A DNA stretch of 64,000 bases from an uncultured SAR86 cluster bacterium (GCA_902527995.1 CABZRA010000003.1:3716-67715); one strand, 5' to 3'; numbered from the stretch's first letter, positions 40,330 to 51,152 are shown. Notes: a model not told the origin generated them from the letters alone. Numbers and translations: made by a program.

Positions 40330-41209
40330 TAAAAGTTTTTAATAAGTTTTTAGCTTTATTGATAACAGAATCATCTTCAGCACTTTCAATTATTTCTCTA
40401 AGTAATACCTTGGCTTGATCAAAGTTTTTCATTTCAATGTACATAGTTGCTAGATTTAATCTTGTTTCAAAAGGATCCCCAATCTCTTCATAATCTTCGT
40501 CTAGATCGTCTTCATTCTTTCTTTCATTATTTAAATTTGTTGGTGTGCTTCTTAAATATAAAACTCCTAAAATAAATAGAAGAAAAGCTAAACCAACTAT
40601 TAAAATTAATTGATAATCAATTGAAGAGTCTGAATCAACATCTTCCAGACTTTCTTGAAGAGATTCTGCAGAATTAGAAGTTATGTTAATGTAATTTTCT
40701 AAATCGGACGATTCGGTATCGATCGGAGTTATTACTATTTCAGAAGAATTATTTTCTTCAACATTCAAAGACTCTTCAAAACTTTCTAAAGGGATAGTTT
40801 CCATTGATGAGTAGTCTGTATCTTCTATTGGATCAAGTAGGGAATAAGTTGGTTCAGTCAATACAAGAACATCTTTAAGCACAACATAATCAGTGAATTT
40901 ACTATCTATAATTGAATTCTGTTCTGCCACATCTCTTATTGATTGATATCTATCGTAGATGTTTAGTAAAAAAAAATCTGGAGTTTCCAACAACTGATCT
41001 TTTTTTAAAAAATTAATATTCCCTCGTTTAAAAGAATCAGGATTCAGATCTTGTATCGCAATCATAATTTGATAAAGAGAAAACTCTGGATTATTTTTTT
41101 TAACTTCAATAGCAATTGACCAGAGGTTATTATATTCGTTACTAGAATACTCGAACTGAGCCAGCAAAAGATTGGGTAAAAAAATTAATAAAATGATTAA
41201 CCTGAACAT
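40319..41209 (-). CDS. FimV/HubP-like protein, strongly shortened (LysM-like N-domain, acidic linker, TM, C-terminal FimV motif)
   Basis: 296 aa. The N-terminal LWSIAIEV...IMIAIQDLNPDSFKRGNINFLKKDQLLETP resembles the FimV LysM region. There is a TM segment (LILIVGLAFLLFILGVLY). The C-terminal DPFETRLNLATMYIEMKNFDQAKVLLREII resembles the FimV C-terminal repeat. It occupies the Pseudomonas fimV position between asd and truA. Confidence 0.6.
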   Translation of the reverse strand: MFRLIILLIFLPNLLLAQFEYSSNEYNNLWSIAIEVKKNNPEFSLYQIMIAIQDLNPDSFKRGNINFLKKDQLLETPDFFLLNIYDRYQSIRDVAEQNSIIDSKFTDYVVLKDVLVLTEPTYSLLDPIEDTDYSSMETIPLESFEESLNVEENNSSEIVITPIDTESSDLENYINITSNSAESLQESLEDVDSDSSIDYQLILIVGLAFLLFILGVLYLRSTPTNLNNERKNEDDLDEDYEEIGDPFETRLNLATMYIEMKNFDQAKVLLREIIESAEDDSVINKAKNLLKTFNEN

Positions 41210-41213
41210 AATT

Positions 41214-42224
41214 CTATTTTTCTAATATCTTTTCCATAATTTGTAAGCTATTAAGCGCCGCTCCTTTTCTTAAATTATCGGCAACAATCCATAAATTTAC
41301 TCTATCATCCTCCCACAAATCAGCTCTAATTCTTCCCACAGAAACTGGATCTTTTCCTTCCGCATGATCCAAAGGATTTGGAGATAGAAAGTCTTTTTCT
41401 GAGTATTTATCGAGGCCAGTTTGAGTTTCAAATGCTTTATTTAAATTAGGTAAGTTAATTTTTTTATTCGTTTTTACGTGTGCGGCTATAGAATGACCGT
41501 GAATAACGGGAACTCTGACCGAAGTCGCTGAAACGTTTATCTTTTCATCAAGAATTTTTTTTGTTTCATAGGAAATTTTCATTTCCTCATCGGTATAGTT
41601 GTTTCCCTCCAAATTTCCAGCTGGAATTACATTAAAAGCTATTTGGGCTCCATAAACCTCATTTTCAGTATTCTCGTTATTTAGTGATTTTTTTGTTTGA
41701 TTTAGTAATTCATTGATTGCATTTTGTCCAGATCCACTTACTGCTTGAAAAGTTACTACGTCGACTCTAATTATTTCGAATAAATCGTGAATAGGTTTTA
41801 AAGCAACAAGTAATTGAGCAGTAGAACAATTTGGGTTTGAAATTATTATGGGATCATTAATCTGTTTTAAAATATCTCCATTTACTTCAGGAATTATTAA
41901 TGGAATATCTTCTTGTCTTCTAAATTTTGATGAGTTGTCTATAACAGTACAGCCTTGAGATAAAGCTTTAGGAGCAAATTCTCCTGAGATTTCTGCTCCA
42001 GCGGAAAAGAAAGCAATATCTACAGAAGAAAAATCGAAAGTTGATAAATTTTGCACTTCAAATTGCTGATCTCCGCAAGATATTAACTTTCCTTCTGACT
42101 TTTTGCTTGCTAATAAGTATAAATCTTTTGTTCCAGAAAAATTTTTCTCTAAAAGCTCTAAAAAGACCCTTCCAACTGCACCAGTAGCCCCAACAACTGC
42201 TATTTTCTTATTTAAGTTTTTCAA
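41214..42224 (-). CDS. asd: aspartate-semialdehyde dehydrogenase (short form; a USG-1-like paralog cannot be excluded)
   Basis: 336 aa. VVGATGAVG, active-site NPNCSTAQL, and VPVIHGHS. Confidence 0.85.
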   Translation of the reverse strand: MKNLNKKIAVVGATGAVGRVFLELLEKNFSGTKDLYLLASKKSEGKLISCGDQQFEVQNLSTFDFSSVDIAFFSAGAEISGEFAPKALSQGCTVIDNSSKFRRQEDIPLIIPEVNGDILKQINDPIIISNPNCSTAQLLVALKPIHDLFEIIRVDVVTFQAVSGSGQNAINELLNQTKKSLNNENTENEVYGAQIAFNVIPAGNLEGNNYTDEEMKISYETKKILDEKINVSATSVRVPVIHGHSIAAHVKTNKKINLPNLNKAFETQTGLDKYSEKDFLSPNPLDHAEGKDPVSVGRIRADLWEDDRVNLWIVADNLRKGAALNSLQIMEKILEK

Positions 42225-43275
42225 TTACTAAATCTCCCATTTCTGAGGTAGAAACCAATTTTGATTTTTTGTTTGCTATATCACGAGTAGCGAATCCGTC
42301 TTTTAAGACCTCTTCGACAGCTTTTTCAATATCTAGAGAAATTGTTTCGTTATCAAAAGTATACTTAAACATCATTGCAATAGACAAAATACCAGCCAGA
42401 GGGTTCGCAATAGACTTGCCAGCAATATCTGGGGCTGTTCCATGAACCGGTTCGAATAGTCCTTTTGAATTTAAATCTAAAGAAGCTGAGGGAAGCATAC
42501 CAATAGAGCCTGATAAAATTGAACTAATATCTGAAAGAATATCTCCAAAAAGATTAGAAGATAAAATTACGTCAAATTGTCTCGGATTTTGAACTAACTG
42601 CATTGCTGCATTATCCACCAACATATGTTGCAACTTAACCTCTGGATACTTTTTAGAAATTTTATTGACGATGGCTCTCCAAAATTCTGAAACTTCTAAA
42701 ACATTTGCTTTATCAACTGAGCACAATTTTTTTTCTCTTTTCATAGCGCTCTGGAATGCAACTTCGGCAATTCGCTCAACCTCTGAAGTTGAATAAATCA
42801 TAGTGTTAAAAGCAGAATCAGATTTTATTTCTCTTGGAGTTCCAAAGTAAATGCCACCTGTTAATTCCCTCACAATTAATATATCTAATCCTTCTATGAC
42901 TTCCTTCTTGAGCGTAGAAGCATCTTCAAGGCCAGGAAAGGACATTGATGGTCTTAAATTTGCAAATAAGTCGAGTTCAGATCTTATTCTTAGTAACCCC
43001 TTTTCCGGTTTTTTTGAAGGCTCCAAACTATCCCATTTTGGACCTCCAACGCCGCCTAAGAAAACTGCATCAGAGTCTTTAGCGATTTCAATTGTAGAAT
43101 CTGATATTGGTGAACCTTCTTCGTCTATTGCATTTCCGCCAATGAGACTGTTGGTTACTTTTACTTCAAAATTGTATTTTTGCGAGACATGAAATAGAAC
43201 TTTATTTGCCTCATGACTAATCTCTGGACCAATACCATCTCCAGGAAGAAAAAGTATATGTTTTGATTTACTCAT
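42208..43275 (-). CDS. leuB: 3-isopropylmalate dehydrogenase
   Basis: 355 aa. LPGDGIGPEI, NLFGDILSD, and GSIGMLPSASL. Confidence 0.96.
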   Translation of the reverse strand: MSKSKHILFLPGDGIGPEISHEANKVLFHVSQKYNFEVKVTNSLIGGNAIDEEGSPISDSTIEIAKDSDAVFLGGVGGPKWDSLEPSKKPEKGLLRIRSELDLFANLRPSMSFPGLEDASTLKKEVIEGLDILIVRELTGGIYFGTPREIKSDSAFNTMIYSTSEVERIAEVAFQSAMKREKKLCSVDKANVLEVSEFWRAIVNKISKKYPEVKLQHMLVDNAAMQLVQNPRQFDVILSSNLFGDILSDISSILSGSIGMLPSASLDLNSKGLFEPVHGTAPDIAGKSIANPLAGILSIAMMFKYTFDNETISLDIEKAVEEVLKDGFATRDIANKKSKLVSTSEMGDLVIEKLK

Positions 43276-43909
43276 TTAAGATCCAAGGTCTTAATTGTTT
43301 GAGTTTATTTTCATAATTAGAAATTTCTGTTTCATATTTCAAACTAAATCCAATATCATCTAATCCTTCCAATAAACAATTCTTTCTAAAGTCGTCTATT
43401 TCAAAATCAATCAGTTTAATATTTGGGATCTTAATCTTTTGATTAATTAAATCTATTTCGATTTGTTTTTGTGAATTTTGATTTTGTTGAGAAAAGATTT
43501 CATTTATTTTGTCTTGAGAGATTTTTATTGCTAAAACTCCATTTTTAAAACAATTATTGAAGAAAATATCGCCAAATGAAGGTGCCACTACTACATTGAT
43601 CCCAAAGTCTTTAAGAGCCCAAACAGCATGTTCTCTGCTAGAACCACATCCAAAATTGTCATCAGCAATAAGAACGTTGATTCCTAAATAAGAAGGTTTA
43701 TTTAAAACAAAGTCAGGATTAATCTTTCTATCTGAAGGTTTTTTTCCAAGGAATCCTTCATCTAAAAACCTCCAAGCATCGAATAAATAAGGACCAAGGC
43801 CAGTCTTGGAAATAGATTTTAAAAACTGTTTTGGAATAATCTGATCAGTATCTACGTTGGCTTTTTCTAAGCATGCAAATTCTCCTGAATATAAATTTGA
43901 ATTTTTCAT
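43268..43909 (-). CDS. leuD: 3-isopropylmalate dehydratase small subunit
   Basis: 213 aa. NVDTDQIIPKQFL and NFGCGSSREHA. Confidence 0.95.
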   Translation of the reverse strand: MKNSNLYSGEFACLEKANVDTDQIIPKQFLKSISKTGLGPYLFDAWRFLDEGFLGKKPSDRKINPDFVLNKPSYLGINVLIADDNFGCGSSREHAVWALKDFGINVVVAPSFGDIFFNNCFKNGVLAIKISQDKINEIFSQQNQNSQKQIEIDLINQKIKIPNIKLIDFEIDDFRKNCLLEGLDDIGFSLKYETEISNYENKLKQLRPWILNE

Positions 43910-45306
43910 TAAAGCTCTCTTACATCCATAAACTTACCTTCTAAGGACGCAGCAGCAGCCATTATTGGACTAACTAAATGAGTACGGCCTTTAAAACCCT
44001 GTCTACCCTCAAAATTTCTATTAGACGTTGATGCACATCTTTCAAATTCTTTTAGTTGATCCGGATTCATACCAAGACACATAGAACATCCAGCATCTCT
44101 CCATTCGAAACCAGCACTTTTGAATATTTCATCTAAACCTTCTGATTCAGCTTGTTTTTTTACAAGTCCTGAACCAGGCACCACAATTGCTCGTTTAATA
44201 TTTTTTGAAATTTTATTTCCATCCAAAATTCTTGAGGCTGCTCGCAAATCTTCAATTCTTGAATTGGTGCATGAACCTATAAAAATTTGATCAATTTCAA
44301 TATCTTTAATTTTTGTTCCTGGTTTTAAACCCATATAATTTAATGCAGAAATTAAAGTTTTATTATCTTCCTTAACTACAGGAACCGAATCATCAATATC
44401 AGCAACCATTTCTGGTGAAGTTCCCCAAGTAACTTGAGGCAAGATTTCTTCTGCATTGAACGAATGAATTTTATCAAAGCTTGCCTTTGGATCTGATTTT
44501 AAAGTCTTCCAATAATTTATAGCTTCTTCCAAGTCTTTTCCTTTTGGGGCAAAAGGTTTATCAGAAACATATTCAAAAGTTTTATCATCAGGAGCCACCA
44601 TGCCTGCCCTAGCCCCTGCTTCAATTGCCATATTGCAAAGAGTCATTCTTCCTTCCATGGATAAATTTTCTATAGCATCGCCTGAATATTCTATAACATG
44701 TCCAGTTCCACCAGCTGTTCCAATTTTTCCAATTATGAACATTGTAATATCTTTAGCGGTGACCCCTTTTTGAAGTTTTCCAGATATTTCGATCAACATA
44801 TTCTTTTGTTTTTGAGAAACCAAACATTGAGTTGCTAAAACATGTTCAACCTCACTAGTGCCTATTCCCATAGCTAATGAACCAAATGCTCCATGAGTAG
44901 ACGTATGAGAATCGCCGCAAACAATCGTCATACCTGGAAGGGTTATACCCTGTTCGGGTCCAATAACATGAACAATTCCTTGTCTTTCGTCGTTAAGTTT
45001 GAACTGATTTATACCAAATTCATCACAATTATCATTCAAAGTAACGACTTGAAGTTTGCTGATAGGGTCTTTAATACCTTCCAAGTCTTTTGAACGCTCA
45101 GTCGTAGGTACATTATGGTCTGGCGTAGCAATAATAGTATTAACTTGACGAGGAGTTAAATTACTCTGACGAAGGCCATCAAATGCTTGAGGAGAAGTGA
45201 CCTCATGTACGAGATGCCGATCAATGTAAATAAGTGTACTTCCATCTTCCCTTTCAACTACAAAGTGGTCTTCCCAAATTTTATCGTAAAGAGTGTTTTG
45301 AGACAT
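43909..45306 (-). CDS. leuC: 3-isopropylmalate dehydratase large subunit
   Basis: 465 aa. [28 protein letters not shown], and CSMCLGMN. Confidence 0.97.
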   Translation of the reverse strand: MSQNTLYDKIWEDHFVVEREDGSTLIYIDRHLVHEVTSPQAFDGLRQSNLTPRQVNTIIATPDHNVPTTERSKDLEGIKDPISKLQVVTLNDNCDEFGINQFKLNDERQGIVHVIGPEQGITLPGMTIVCGDSHTSTHGAFGSLAMGIGTSEVEHVLATQCLVSQKQKNMLIEISGKLQKGVTAKDITMFIIGKIGTAGGTGHVIEYSGDAIENLSMEGRMTLCNMAIEAGARAGMVAPDDKTFEYVSDKPFAPKGKDLEEAINYWKTLKSDPKASFDKIHSFNAEEILPQVTWGTSPEMVADIDDSVPVVKEDNKTLISALNYMGLKPGTKIKDIEIDQIFIGSCTNSRIEDLRAASRILDGNKISKNIKRAIVVPGSGLVKKQAESEGLDEIFKSAGFEWRDAGCSMCLGMNPDQLKEFERCASTSNRNFEGRQGFKGRTHLVSPIMAAAASLEGKFMDVREL

Positions 45307-45311
45307 GGCCT

Positions 45312-46412
45312 TTATTCTTTTTCTGAAGGAATTATAGTGTGCTCTTTAGGTTTATCTTGATTTTGAGCTCTGTTTCTCAAAAAGTGATCTATCAAAATTA
45401 TAGCTGTCATTGCTTCAACAATAGGAACTGCTCTAATTCCTACACAAGGATCATGCCTACCTTTAGATATCACCTCGACTGACTCTCCTTCTTTATTTAC
45501 TGACTTACCTTTGACTAAGATACTTGAAGTTGGTTTCAGAGCAACCTTTGCTAACAAATTCTGTCCAGTGGAAATTCCTCCAGAAATTCCTCCTGAATTA
45601 TTAGATTCAAAACCATCTGGGGATATTTCATCTCTATTAATAGAACCTTTGAGACTTATTACTTCAGTTCCATTACCGATCTCTACTGCTTTGACTGCAT
45701 TAATGCTCATTAAAGCGTGAGCAATATCAGCATCCAATTTATCAAATACTGGCTCCCCTAAACCTAAAGGCATGTTAGATGCTTCAACGGATATTGATGC
45801 GCCAATTGAATCCCCTTCTTCTCTTAATTGGTCAATATATTTTTCTAGTGTTGGAATTAAAGATTCATCAGGACAAAAAAATGGATTTGTATTAATAATT
45901 TCTTTGTCAAAATTGTTAATTTTATGTTCTCCGATTTGGTTGATATAACCAAAAATATCTACGTCAAGTTTATCCTTGAGAAATTTCTTAGCTATTGCGC
46001 CTGCTGCGACTCGCATTGCTGTTTCTCTTGCTGAAGATCTTCCTCCTCCGCGGTGGTCTCTAATTCCATATTTTTGAATATATCCATAATCGGCGTGAGA
46101 AGGACGATAAACATCTTTTAATTTATCGTAATCGGAACTTTTTTGGTCTTTATTTTTGATTAACAATCCAATTGGAGTACCTGTGGTTTTTCCTTCAAAC
46201 ACTCCAGATAAAATTTCAACTTTATCGTCTTCTTTCCTTTTTGTTGTGTATTGACTAGATCCAGGTTTTCTTCTATCTAGATCTGATTGTATTGTTGATT
46301 CATCTATTTCAATTCCAGGTGGACATCCATCAATAACGCAACCCATAGCCTGGCCGTGACTTTCGCCAAAGGTAGTAACTACAAAACTTTTTCCAATACT
46401 ATTTCCAGACAT
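45312..46412 (-). CDS. aroC: chorismate synthase
   Basis: 366 aa. [17 protein letters not shown], and RHDPCVG. Confidence 0.96.
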   Translation of the reverse strand: MSGNSIGKSFVVTTFGESHGQAMGCVIDGCPPGIEIDESTIQSDLDRRKPGSSQYTTKRKEDDKVEILSGVFEGKTTGTPIGLLIKNKDQKSSDYDKLKDVYRPSHADYGYIQKYGIRDHRGGGRSSARETAMRVAAGAIAKKFLKDKLDVDIFGYINQIGEHKINNFDKEIINTNPFFCPDESLIPTLEKYIDQLREEGDSIGASISVEASNMPLGLGEPVFDKLDADIAHALMSINAVKAVEIGNGTEVISLKGSINRDEISPDGFESNNSGGISGGISTGQNLLAKVALKPTSSILVKGKSVNKEGESVEVISKGRHDPCVGIRAVPIVEAMTAIILIDHFLRNRAQNQDKPKEHTIIPSEKE

Positions 46413-46465
46413 TTCTATATAAACTAAACAAATTATACGCTTTTGTGGGGAATATACTTAAGTAG

Positions 46466-47113
46466 ATGAAATTAAACGAATATAGTTCGATTTTTTGGGA
46501 TTTTGGTGGAGTTATCACCTCAAGCCCTTTTGAAGCGTTTAACAAATTTGAAATAAAAAATAATCTACCTGAAAATTTTCTAAGAAAAGTTAACTCTACT
46601 AATCCTCAGAGTAATGCTTGGGCTCTTTTAGAGCAATCAAAAATTAGCCAAATAGAATTTAATGAACTTTTTTTTCAAGAAAGTTCCGATCTTGGATACG
46701 GTGTGGATGGATTAGAAGTTTTAAATCTTTTAGAAGGCGACCTTAGATTGGGAATGGTTGAAATTATAAAAACTCTCAAAAAAAAAGGTTTTACACAGGC
46801 TTGTCTCACTAATAATTTTATACCTGACAATGATAATCAGCCTGACATGATTGATTTAAACAAAAAAACTGAGATTTTTAATCTTTTCGATTTCATATTC
46901 GAATCCAAGGAAATTGGTTTAAGAAAACCTGATCAAGCCTTTTACGATTATGTTCTAGAAAAAGTTGATACTTCTCCTGAAAAAATCATTTTTTTAGATG
47001 ATCTGGGAATTAATTTAAAGCCCGCTAAAGAAATGGGAATAACCACAATCAAGGTGATATCTGAATCCCAAGCTAAGGCAGATTTAGAAAACCTGCTAAA
47101 GATAAAGTTCTAG
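46466..47113 (+). CDS. HAD-superfamily hydrolase, subfamily IA (epoxide-hydrolase N-terminal-phosphatase-like)
   Basis: 215 aa. Motif I variant WDFGGVI, LTNN, and motif IV FLDDLGINL. Confidence 0.75.
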   Translation: MKLNEYSSIFWDFGGVITSSPFEAFNKFEIKNNLPENFLRKVNSTNPQSNAWALLEQSKISQIEFNELFFQESSDLGYGVDGLEVLNLLEGDLRLGMVEIIKTLKKKGFTQACLTNNFIPDNDNQPDMIDLNKKTEIFNLFDFIFESKEIGLRKPDQAFYDYVLEKVDTSPEKIIFLDDLGINLKPAKEMGITTIKVISESQAKADLENLLKIKF

Positions 47114-47114
47114 T

Positions 47115-48554
47115 CTAATTTTTGACAAAAAGATCGACAAATTTACTTACTGACAAATTGAAAAGCTTTTCGTTATCTTCAAAAAGGGACATTATTTCTT
47201 TAACTCGATCATCTGAAAATTGAGTTTTAAGATTCTTTTCAAACTTATTAATTAATATTGGAATACCTTCTGATCTTCTATTTTTATGCCCAATTGGATA
47301 ATGAACTTCTTCTAAATCAGTACTAGTACCATCTTTAAAAAATACTTGTAACGAATTCGCGATAGATCTTTTTGATGGATCTAAATAATCTTTTGAAAAG
47401 CTTATATCTTCTTCGATCTCCATTTTTTCTCTTAAATTGTCAACCATAGGGTCGTTCGCAACAGAATCTTCATAATCTTCAGCGACTAAATCACCTTTGA
47501 GAAGTCCAATAGCAGTCATATATTGTAGGCAGTGATCTCTATCGGCAGGATTATTTAACTCGCCTTCCTTGCTTATAATTCTTATTGCAGATTCATGGGT
47601 AATTATTTTTATTTTATCTATATCGTCAAATCTATTTTTGACTTCTTCATGAAGTTTAACAGCTGCTTCAACAGCCGTTTGAGCATGAAACTCTGCTGGA
47701 AATGAAATTTTAAAGAGGACGTTTTCCATTACATAAGTTCCGAATTCCTGATTAATAATTAGATCTTTCCCTTTAAATAGAACGTCTTTGAAACCCCATG
47801 TTGGCGCAGAAATAGCACTTGGATATCCAATTTGCCCTTTTTTAGTAAGCCAAACAAGTTGCATCGCTCTACTTGTCGCATCTCCTGCTGCCCATGATTT
47901 ACGAGGCCCGGCATTCGGAGCATGTCTGTAAGTTCTTAAGCTCTGACCATCTACAAATGCCTGAGATAAAGCATCAATTGTTTGTTCCTTAGTTAGGCCT
48001 AGGATTACGGAAATCACTCCAACGGAAGCAATTTTTACCAACAATACATGATCAAGCCCAACTCTGTTAAAGCTGTTTTCTAATGCCAATACTCCCTGAA
48101 CTTCGTGAGCTTTGATCATAAAATAAACAATATCTCTAACCGATATATCTTTTTCGGGAAAATTTTGAGAAACATAATCACAGGCAGATAAAATTCCACC
48201 TAAATTATCTGAAGGGTGGCCCCATTCTGCAGCAAGCCATGTGTCGTTAAAATCTAGCCATCTAATAATGGCTCCATTGTCCCAAGCTGCTTTAATTGGA
48301 TCGAGTTTATAATTAGTACCTAAGACTCTAACCCCATTAGGAACTTCTGTTCCCTCTATGTGAGGCCCGAGAAGAGATTTGCATTCTGGAAAAGTTAAAG
48401 CTAATAATCCACAGCCGATCGTGTCCATTAAACAATATTTCGCAGTGCTTATTGCCTCATTATTGGTGATGTTGTAATCATGAACATAATCTGCGATTTT
48501 TTGAATTAATTCGTCTGGATCAGGACGAACATTAGTTTCTACTGTTGAGGACAT
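47115..48554 (-). CDS. prpD: 2-methylcitrate dehydratase
   Basis: 479 aa with MmgE/PrpD family features (DTIGCGLLAL, WGHPSDN). It lies directly downstream of prpC. Confidence 0.92.
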   Translation of the reverse strand: MSSTVETNVRPDPDELIQKIADYVHDYNITNNEAISTAKYCLMDTIGCGLLALTFPECKSLLGPHIEGTEVPNGVRVLGTNYKLDPIKAAWDNGAIIRWLDFNDTWLAAEWGHPSDNLGGILSACDYVSQNFPEKDISVRDIVYFMIKAHEVQGVLALENSFNRVGLDHVLLVKIASVGVISVILGLTKEQTIDALSQAFVDGQSLRTYRHAPNAGPRKSWAAGDATSRAMQLVWLTKKGQIGYPSAISAPTWGFKDVLFKGKDLIINQEFGTYVMENVLFKISFPAEFHAQTAVEAAVKLHEEVKNRFDDIDKIKIITHESAIRIISKEGELNNPADRDHCLQYMTAIGLLKGDLVAEDYEDSVANDPMVDNLREKMEIEEDISFSKDYLDPSKRSIANSLQVFFKDGTSTDLEEVHYPIGHKNRRSEGIPILINKFEKNLKTQFSDDRVKEIMSLFEDNEKLFNLSVSKFVDLFVKN

Positions 48555-48561
48555 GAGATTT

Positions 48562-49686
48562 TTATCTATCTTCTAAATCAACCCATTCAGAAAAATCTGG
48601 TCCTATGTATTCTTCACTAGGTCTAATAATTCTATTATCAGCTCTTTGTTCAAAAATATTTGCTGCCCAACCAGAGGTTCTTCCAATAACAAACAAAGGT
48701 GTAAAAAGTTTAGTTGGAATTTCTAAATAAGAGTATGCTGAAGCCATAAAAAAATCAGTATTTGCAAACATATTTTTTTCTTCATCCATGGTTTTTTCAA
48801 TCTGCTCAGAAACTAAATATAAGGTTTCATCACCATTTTTCTTACTAAGTTTTTCAGCCCACTTTTTTATGATTGCATTTCTTGGATCTTCTGTACTGTA
48901 TACCGCATGACCGAATCCCATAATTTTTTCCTTATTTTCTAGCATTGTAAGGACTGCAGATTTTGCTTCTTCAGTTGTTGAAAATTGTTCTATCAACTCC
49001 ATTGCTGCCTCATTTGCACCTCCGTGAAGAGGTCCTCTAAGGGTTCCAATTGCCCCGGTTATACAGGAATGGATATCAGAAAGAGTTGAAGCGCAAGTTC
49101 GCGCAGTAAAGGTTGAAGCATTGAAGCCATGTTCAGCATATAAAATTAGAGAAGTATCTAAGCATCTAATTTGGTCCTCACTAGGTTCGTTATCATGCAG
49201 TAAAGACAAAAAATGTCCTCCAATAGTTTCGTAATCTGAAGAAGTATTAACTTTTTTACCTTCATGAGAATATTTGTACCAATAAACTATTATTGAAGCC
49301 ATTGTTGAAAGAATTCGATCTGCGGATTCTTGTTGATTACTAAATTCGCCTTCCGGTTCAATATTTCCTAACATAGAGCAGCCAGTCCTCATTACGTCCA
49401 TTGGATGAGCGGACGCTGGTATTCTCTCAAGGACTTCAAGAATTGGGTCTGGTAGAGATCGCATAGCAATTAATTTACTGGAATAATTTTTATACTCTTC
49501 ATTATTTGGTAGAAAGCCATACATTAAAAGATAAGCTACTTCTTCAAATTTCGCTTTTTCAGAAAGAACTTCTATTGGATAGCCTCTATAAGTTAAGCCT
49601 TTTCCTGCTTTTCCAACAGTTGAAAGAGATGTTTTTCCGGCTACTTGACCCCTAAGGCCTGCGCCTTCTAATTTTTTATCGGCCAT
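48562..49686 (-). CDS. prpC: 2-methylcitrate synthase
   Basis: 374 aa. Citrate synthase signatures GPLHGGANE, GFGHAVY, and RPSEEYIG. It sits between prpB and prpD. Confidence 0.92.
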   Translation of the reverse strand: MADKKLEGAGLRGQVAGKTSLSTVGKAGKGLTYRGYPIEVLSEKAKFEEVAYLLMYGFLPNNEEYKNYSSKLIAMRSLPDPILEVLERIPASAHPMDVMRTGCSMLGNIEPEGEFSNQQESADRILSTMASIIVYWYKYSHEGKKVNTSSDYETIGGHFLSLLHDNEPSEDQIRCLDTSLILYAEHGFNASTFTARTCASTLSDIHSCITGAIGTLRGPLHGGANEAAMELIEQFSTTEEAKSAVLTMLENKEKIMGFGHAVYSTEDPRNAIIKKWAEKLSKKNGDETLYLVSEQIEKTMDEEKNMFANTDFFMASAYSYLEIPTKLFTPLFVIGRTSGWAANIFEQRADNRIIRPSEEYIGPDFSEWVDLEDR

Positions 49687-49690
49687 GAAA

Positions 49691-50554
49691 TTATTCCTTA
49701 GAAAATAGTTCGTCTATTTTTTTTTCGTACATATGATAGTTCAGTACGTCATATAATTCATCTCGAGATTGCATTTTTTTTAATTTTTTTTCAAGATTCT
49801 CAGAATCTATAAGCTCTAAGTATATATCTTCTGCAGCTTTCGACATTGCTCTAAAAGCACTCAATGGGTAAAGAATCATTTTTATCCCCACATTTTTTAA
49901 TTCGATAGTCTTAAACAAAGGAGTAAGTCCAAACTCAGTAATATTTGCTAAGATCGGAGCATTAACATTTTTGGAAATTTCCTGATAATCTTCTAGTCTT
50001 GTAATAGCTTCCGGGAAAATTGAGTTGGCTCCAGCCTCTAGATAAGCATTAGATCTATCAATAACAGAATTTATACCTTCTTTAGAAAAAGCATCCGTTC
50101 TTGCCATCAACATAAAATCGTCTTTTATTATTGAATCTTTAGCGGCTTTAATTCTATCTACCATTTCTTCTTCAGATACTATTTCTTTGCCTGGTCTATG
50201 GCCACAACGTTTTTCAGATACCTGATCTTCTAAATGAACCGCATCCGCACCAGCCGAAATCATCTCTTTAATAGTTTTAGAAATATTAAGCCCACTTCCC
50301 CATCCGGTATCACAATCGACCAAAATAGGTAGGTTTACAATGCCTTTAATCCTTCTTAAATCTTCTAAAACATTATCTCTCGAAGTAAGTGCAAGATCTG
50401 GTAATCCAAAACTTGCGTTGGCTACTCCAGCTCCAGAAAGATAAATTGCTTTATGGCCACTTTTTTTTGCAATCAAGGCAGAATAAGCGTTGATTGTTCC
50501 CACTATTTTCAAAGGAGTTTCTTCTTGAAGAAGTTCGAAAAAAGTGTCAGCCAT
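49691..50554 (-). CDS. prpB: methylisocitrate lyase
   Basis: 287 aa. Isocitrate lyase/PEP mutase family with the KRCGH motif (EKRCGHRPGK) and DCDTGWG. Confidence 0.92.
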   Translation of the reverse strand: MADTFFELLQEETPLKIVGTINAYSALIAKKSGHKAIYLSGAGVANASFGLPDLALTSRDNVLEDLRRIKGIVNLPILVDCDTGWGSGLNISKTIKEMISAGADAVHLEDQVSEKRCGHRPGKEIVSEEEMVDRIKAAKDSIIKDDFMLMARTDAFSKEGINSVIDRSNAYLEAGANSIFPEAITRLEDYQEISKNVNAPILANITEFGLTPLFKTIELKNVGIKMILYPLSAFRAMSKAAEDIYLELIDSENLEKKLKKMQSRDELYDVLNYHMYEKKIDELFSKE

Positions 50555-50555
50555 A

Positions 50556-51152
50556 TTAAATTTTATTTATTAAAATATTTTTTAACTCTTCGTGAGAATT
50601 AGCAGTCAAAAGATTCGGGTATTCTCGCTTTATGTGCTCAGGAGCCTGAAAAAAAATACCTAAATCTGATTCATTTAGCATATTTATATCGTTGTACGAA
50701 TCTCCAGCAGCAAAAACTTCGTAATTAAGAGATTTAAAAGCCTCAATTACTTTTTGTTTATTATTCTTCTGTTTTAATTTATAACCTTTAATTTTGTCTT
50801 CTTCAATATTTAAGTGATGGCAGATTATGCTTGGAAAGTTCAATTTTTCCACTAAGGGCCAGGCTAACTCATAAAAAGTATCTGAAACAATTGTTACCTG
50901 AAAATTTGATCTTGCCCAGTTTAAGAATTCCTCTGCACCCTCAAAGGGTTCTATTGTGCTAACAATTTCTTGAATATCGCTTAATTTTATTCCTTTCTCG
51001 TTTACGACATTCATTCGGAGTTGCATTAACTCATCATAATCCTTCAAATCCTGAGTAGTAAGCATGAGATCTTTGGAATTAGTAGCTTCAGCTACATGTT
51101 GCCAGATTTCAGGAATAAGAACACCCTCAAAATCTAAGCATAAATATTTCAT
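50556..51152 (-). CDS. thrH: bifunctional phosphoserine phosphatase / homoserine phosphotransferase, ThrH type (HAD)
   Basis: 198 aa. It is nearly collinear with my memory of P. aeruginosa ThrH: CLDFEGVLIPEIW, VSDTFYE, GDSYNDINML. Confidence 0.8.
   Translation of the reverse strand: MKYLCLDFEGVLIPEIWQHVAEATNSKDLMLTTQDLKDYDELMQLRMNVVNEKGIKLSDIQEIVSTIEPFEGAEEFLNWARSNFQVTIVSDTFYELAWPLVEKLNFPSIICHHLNIEEDKIKGYKLKQKNNKQKVIEAFKSLNYEVFAAGDSYNDINMLNESDLGIFFQAPEHIKREYPNLLTANSHEELKNILINKI

Noticed and set aside
40560-40830. Acidic Ser/Glu/Asp-rich stretch in the FimV-like gene, considered as a possible DNA tandem repeat or contingency locus.
   Set aside because: No exact nucleotide repeat unit could be traced. 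It is compositional bias at the protein level, as in other FimV/HubP linkers.
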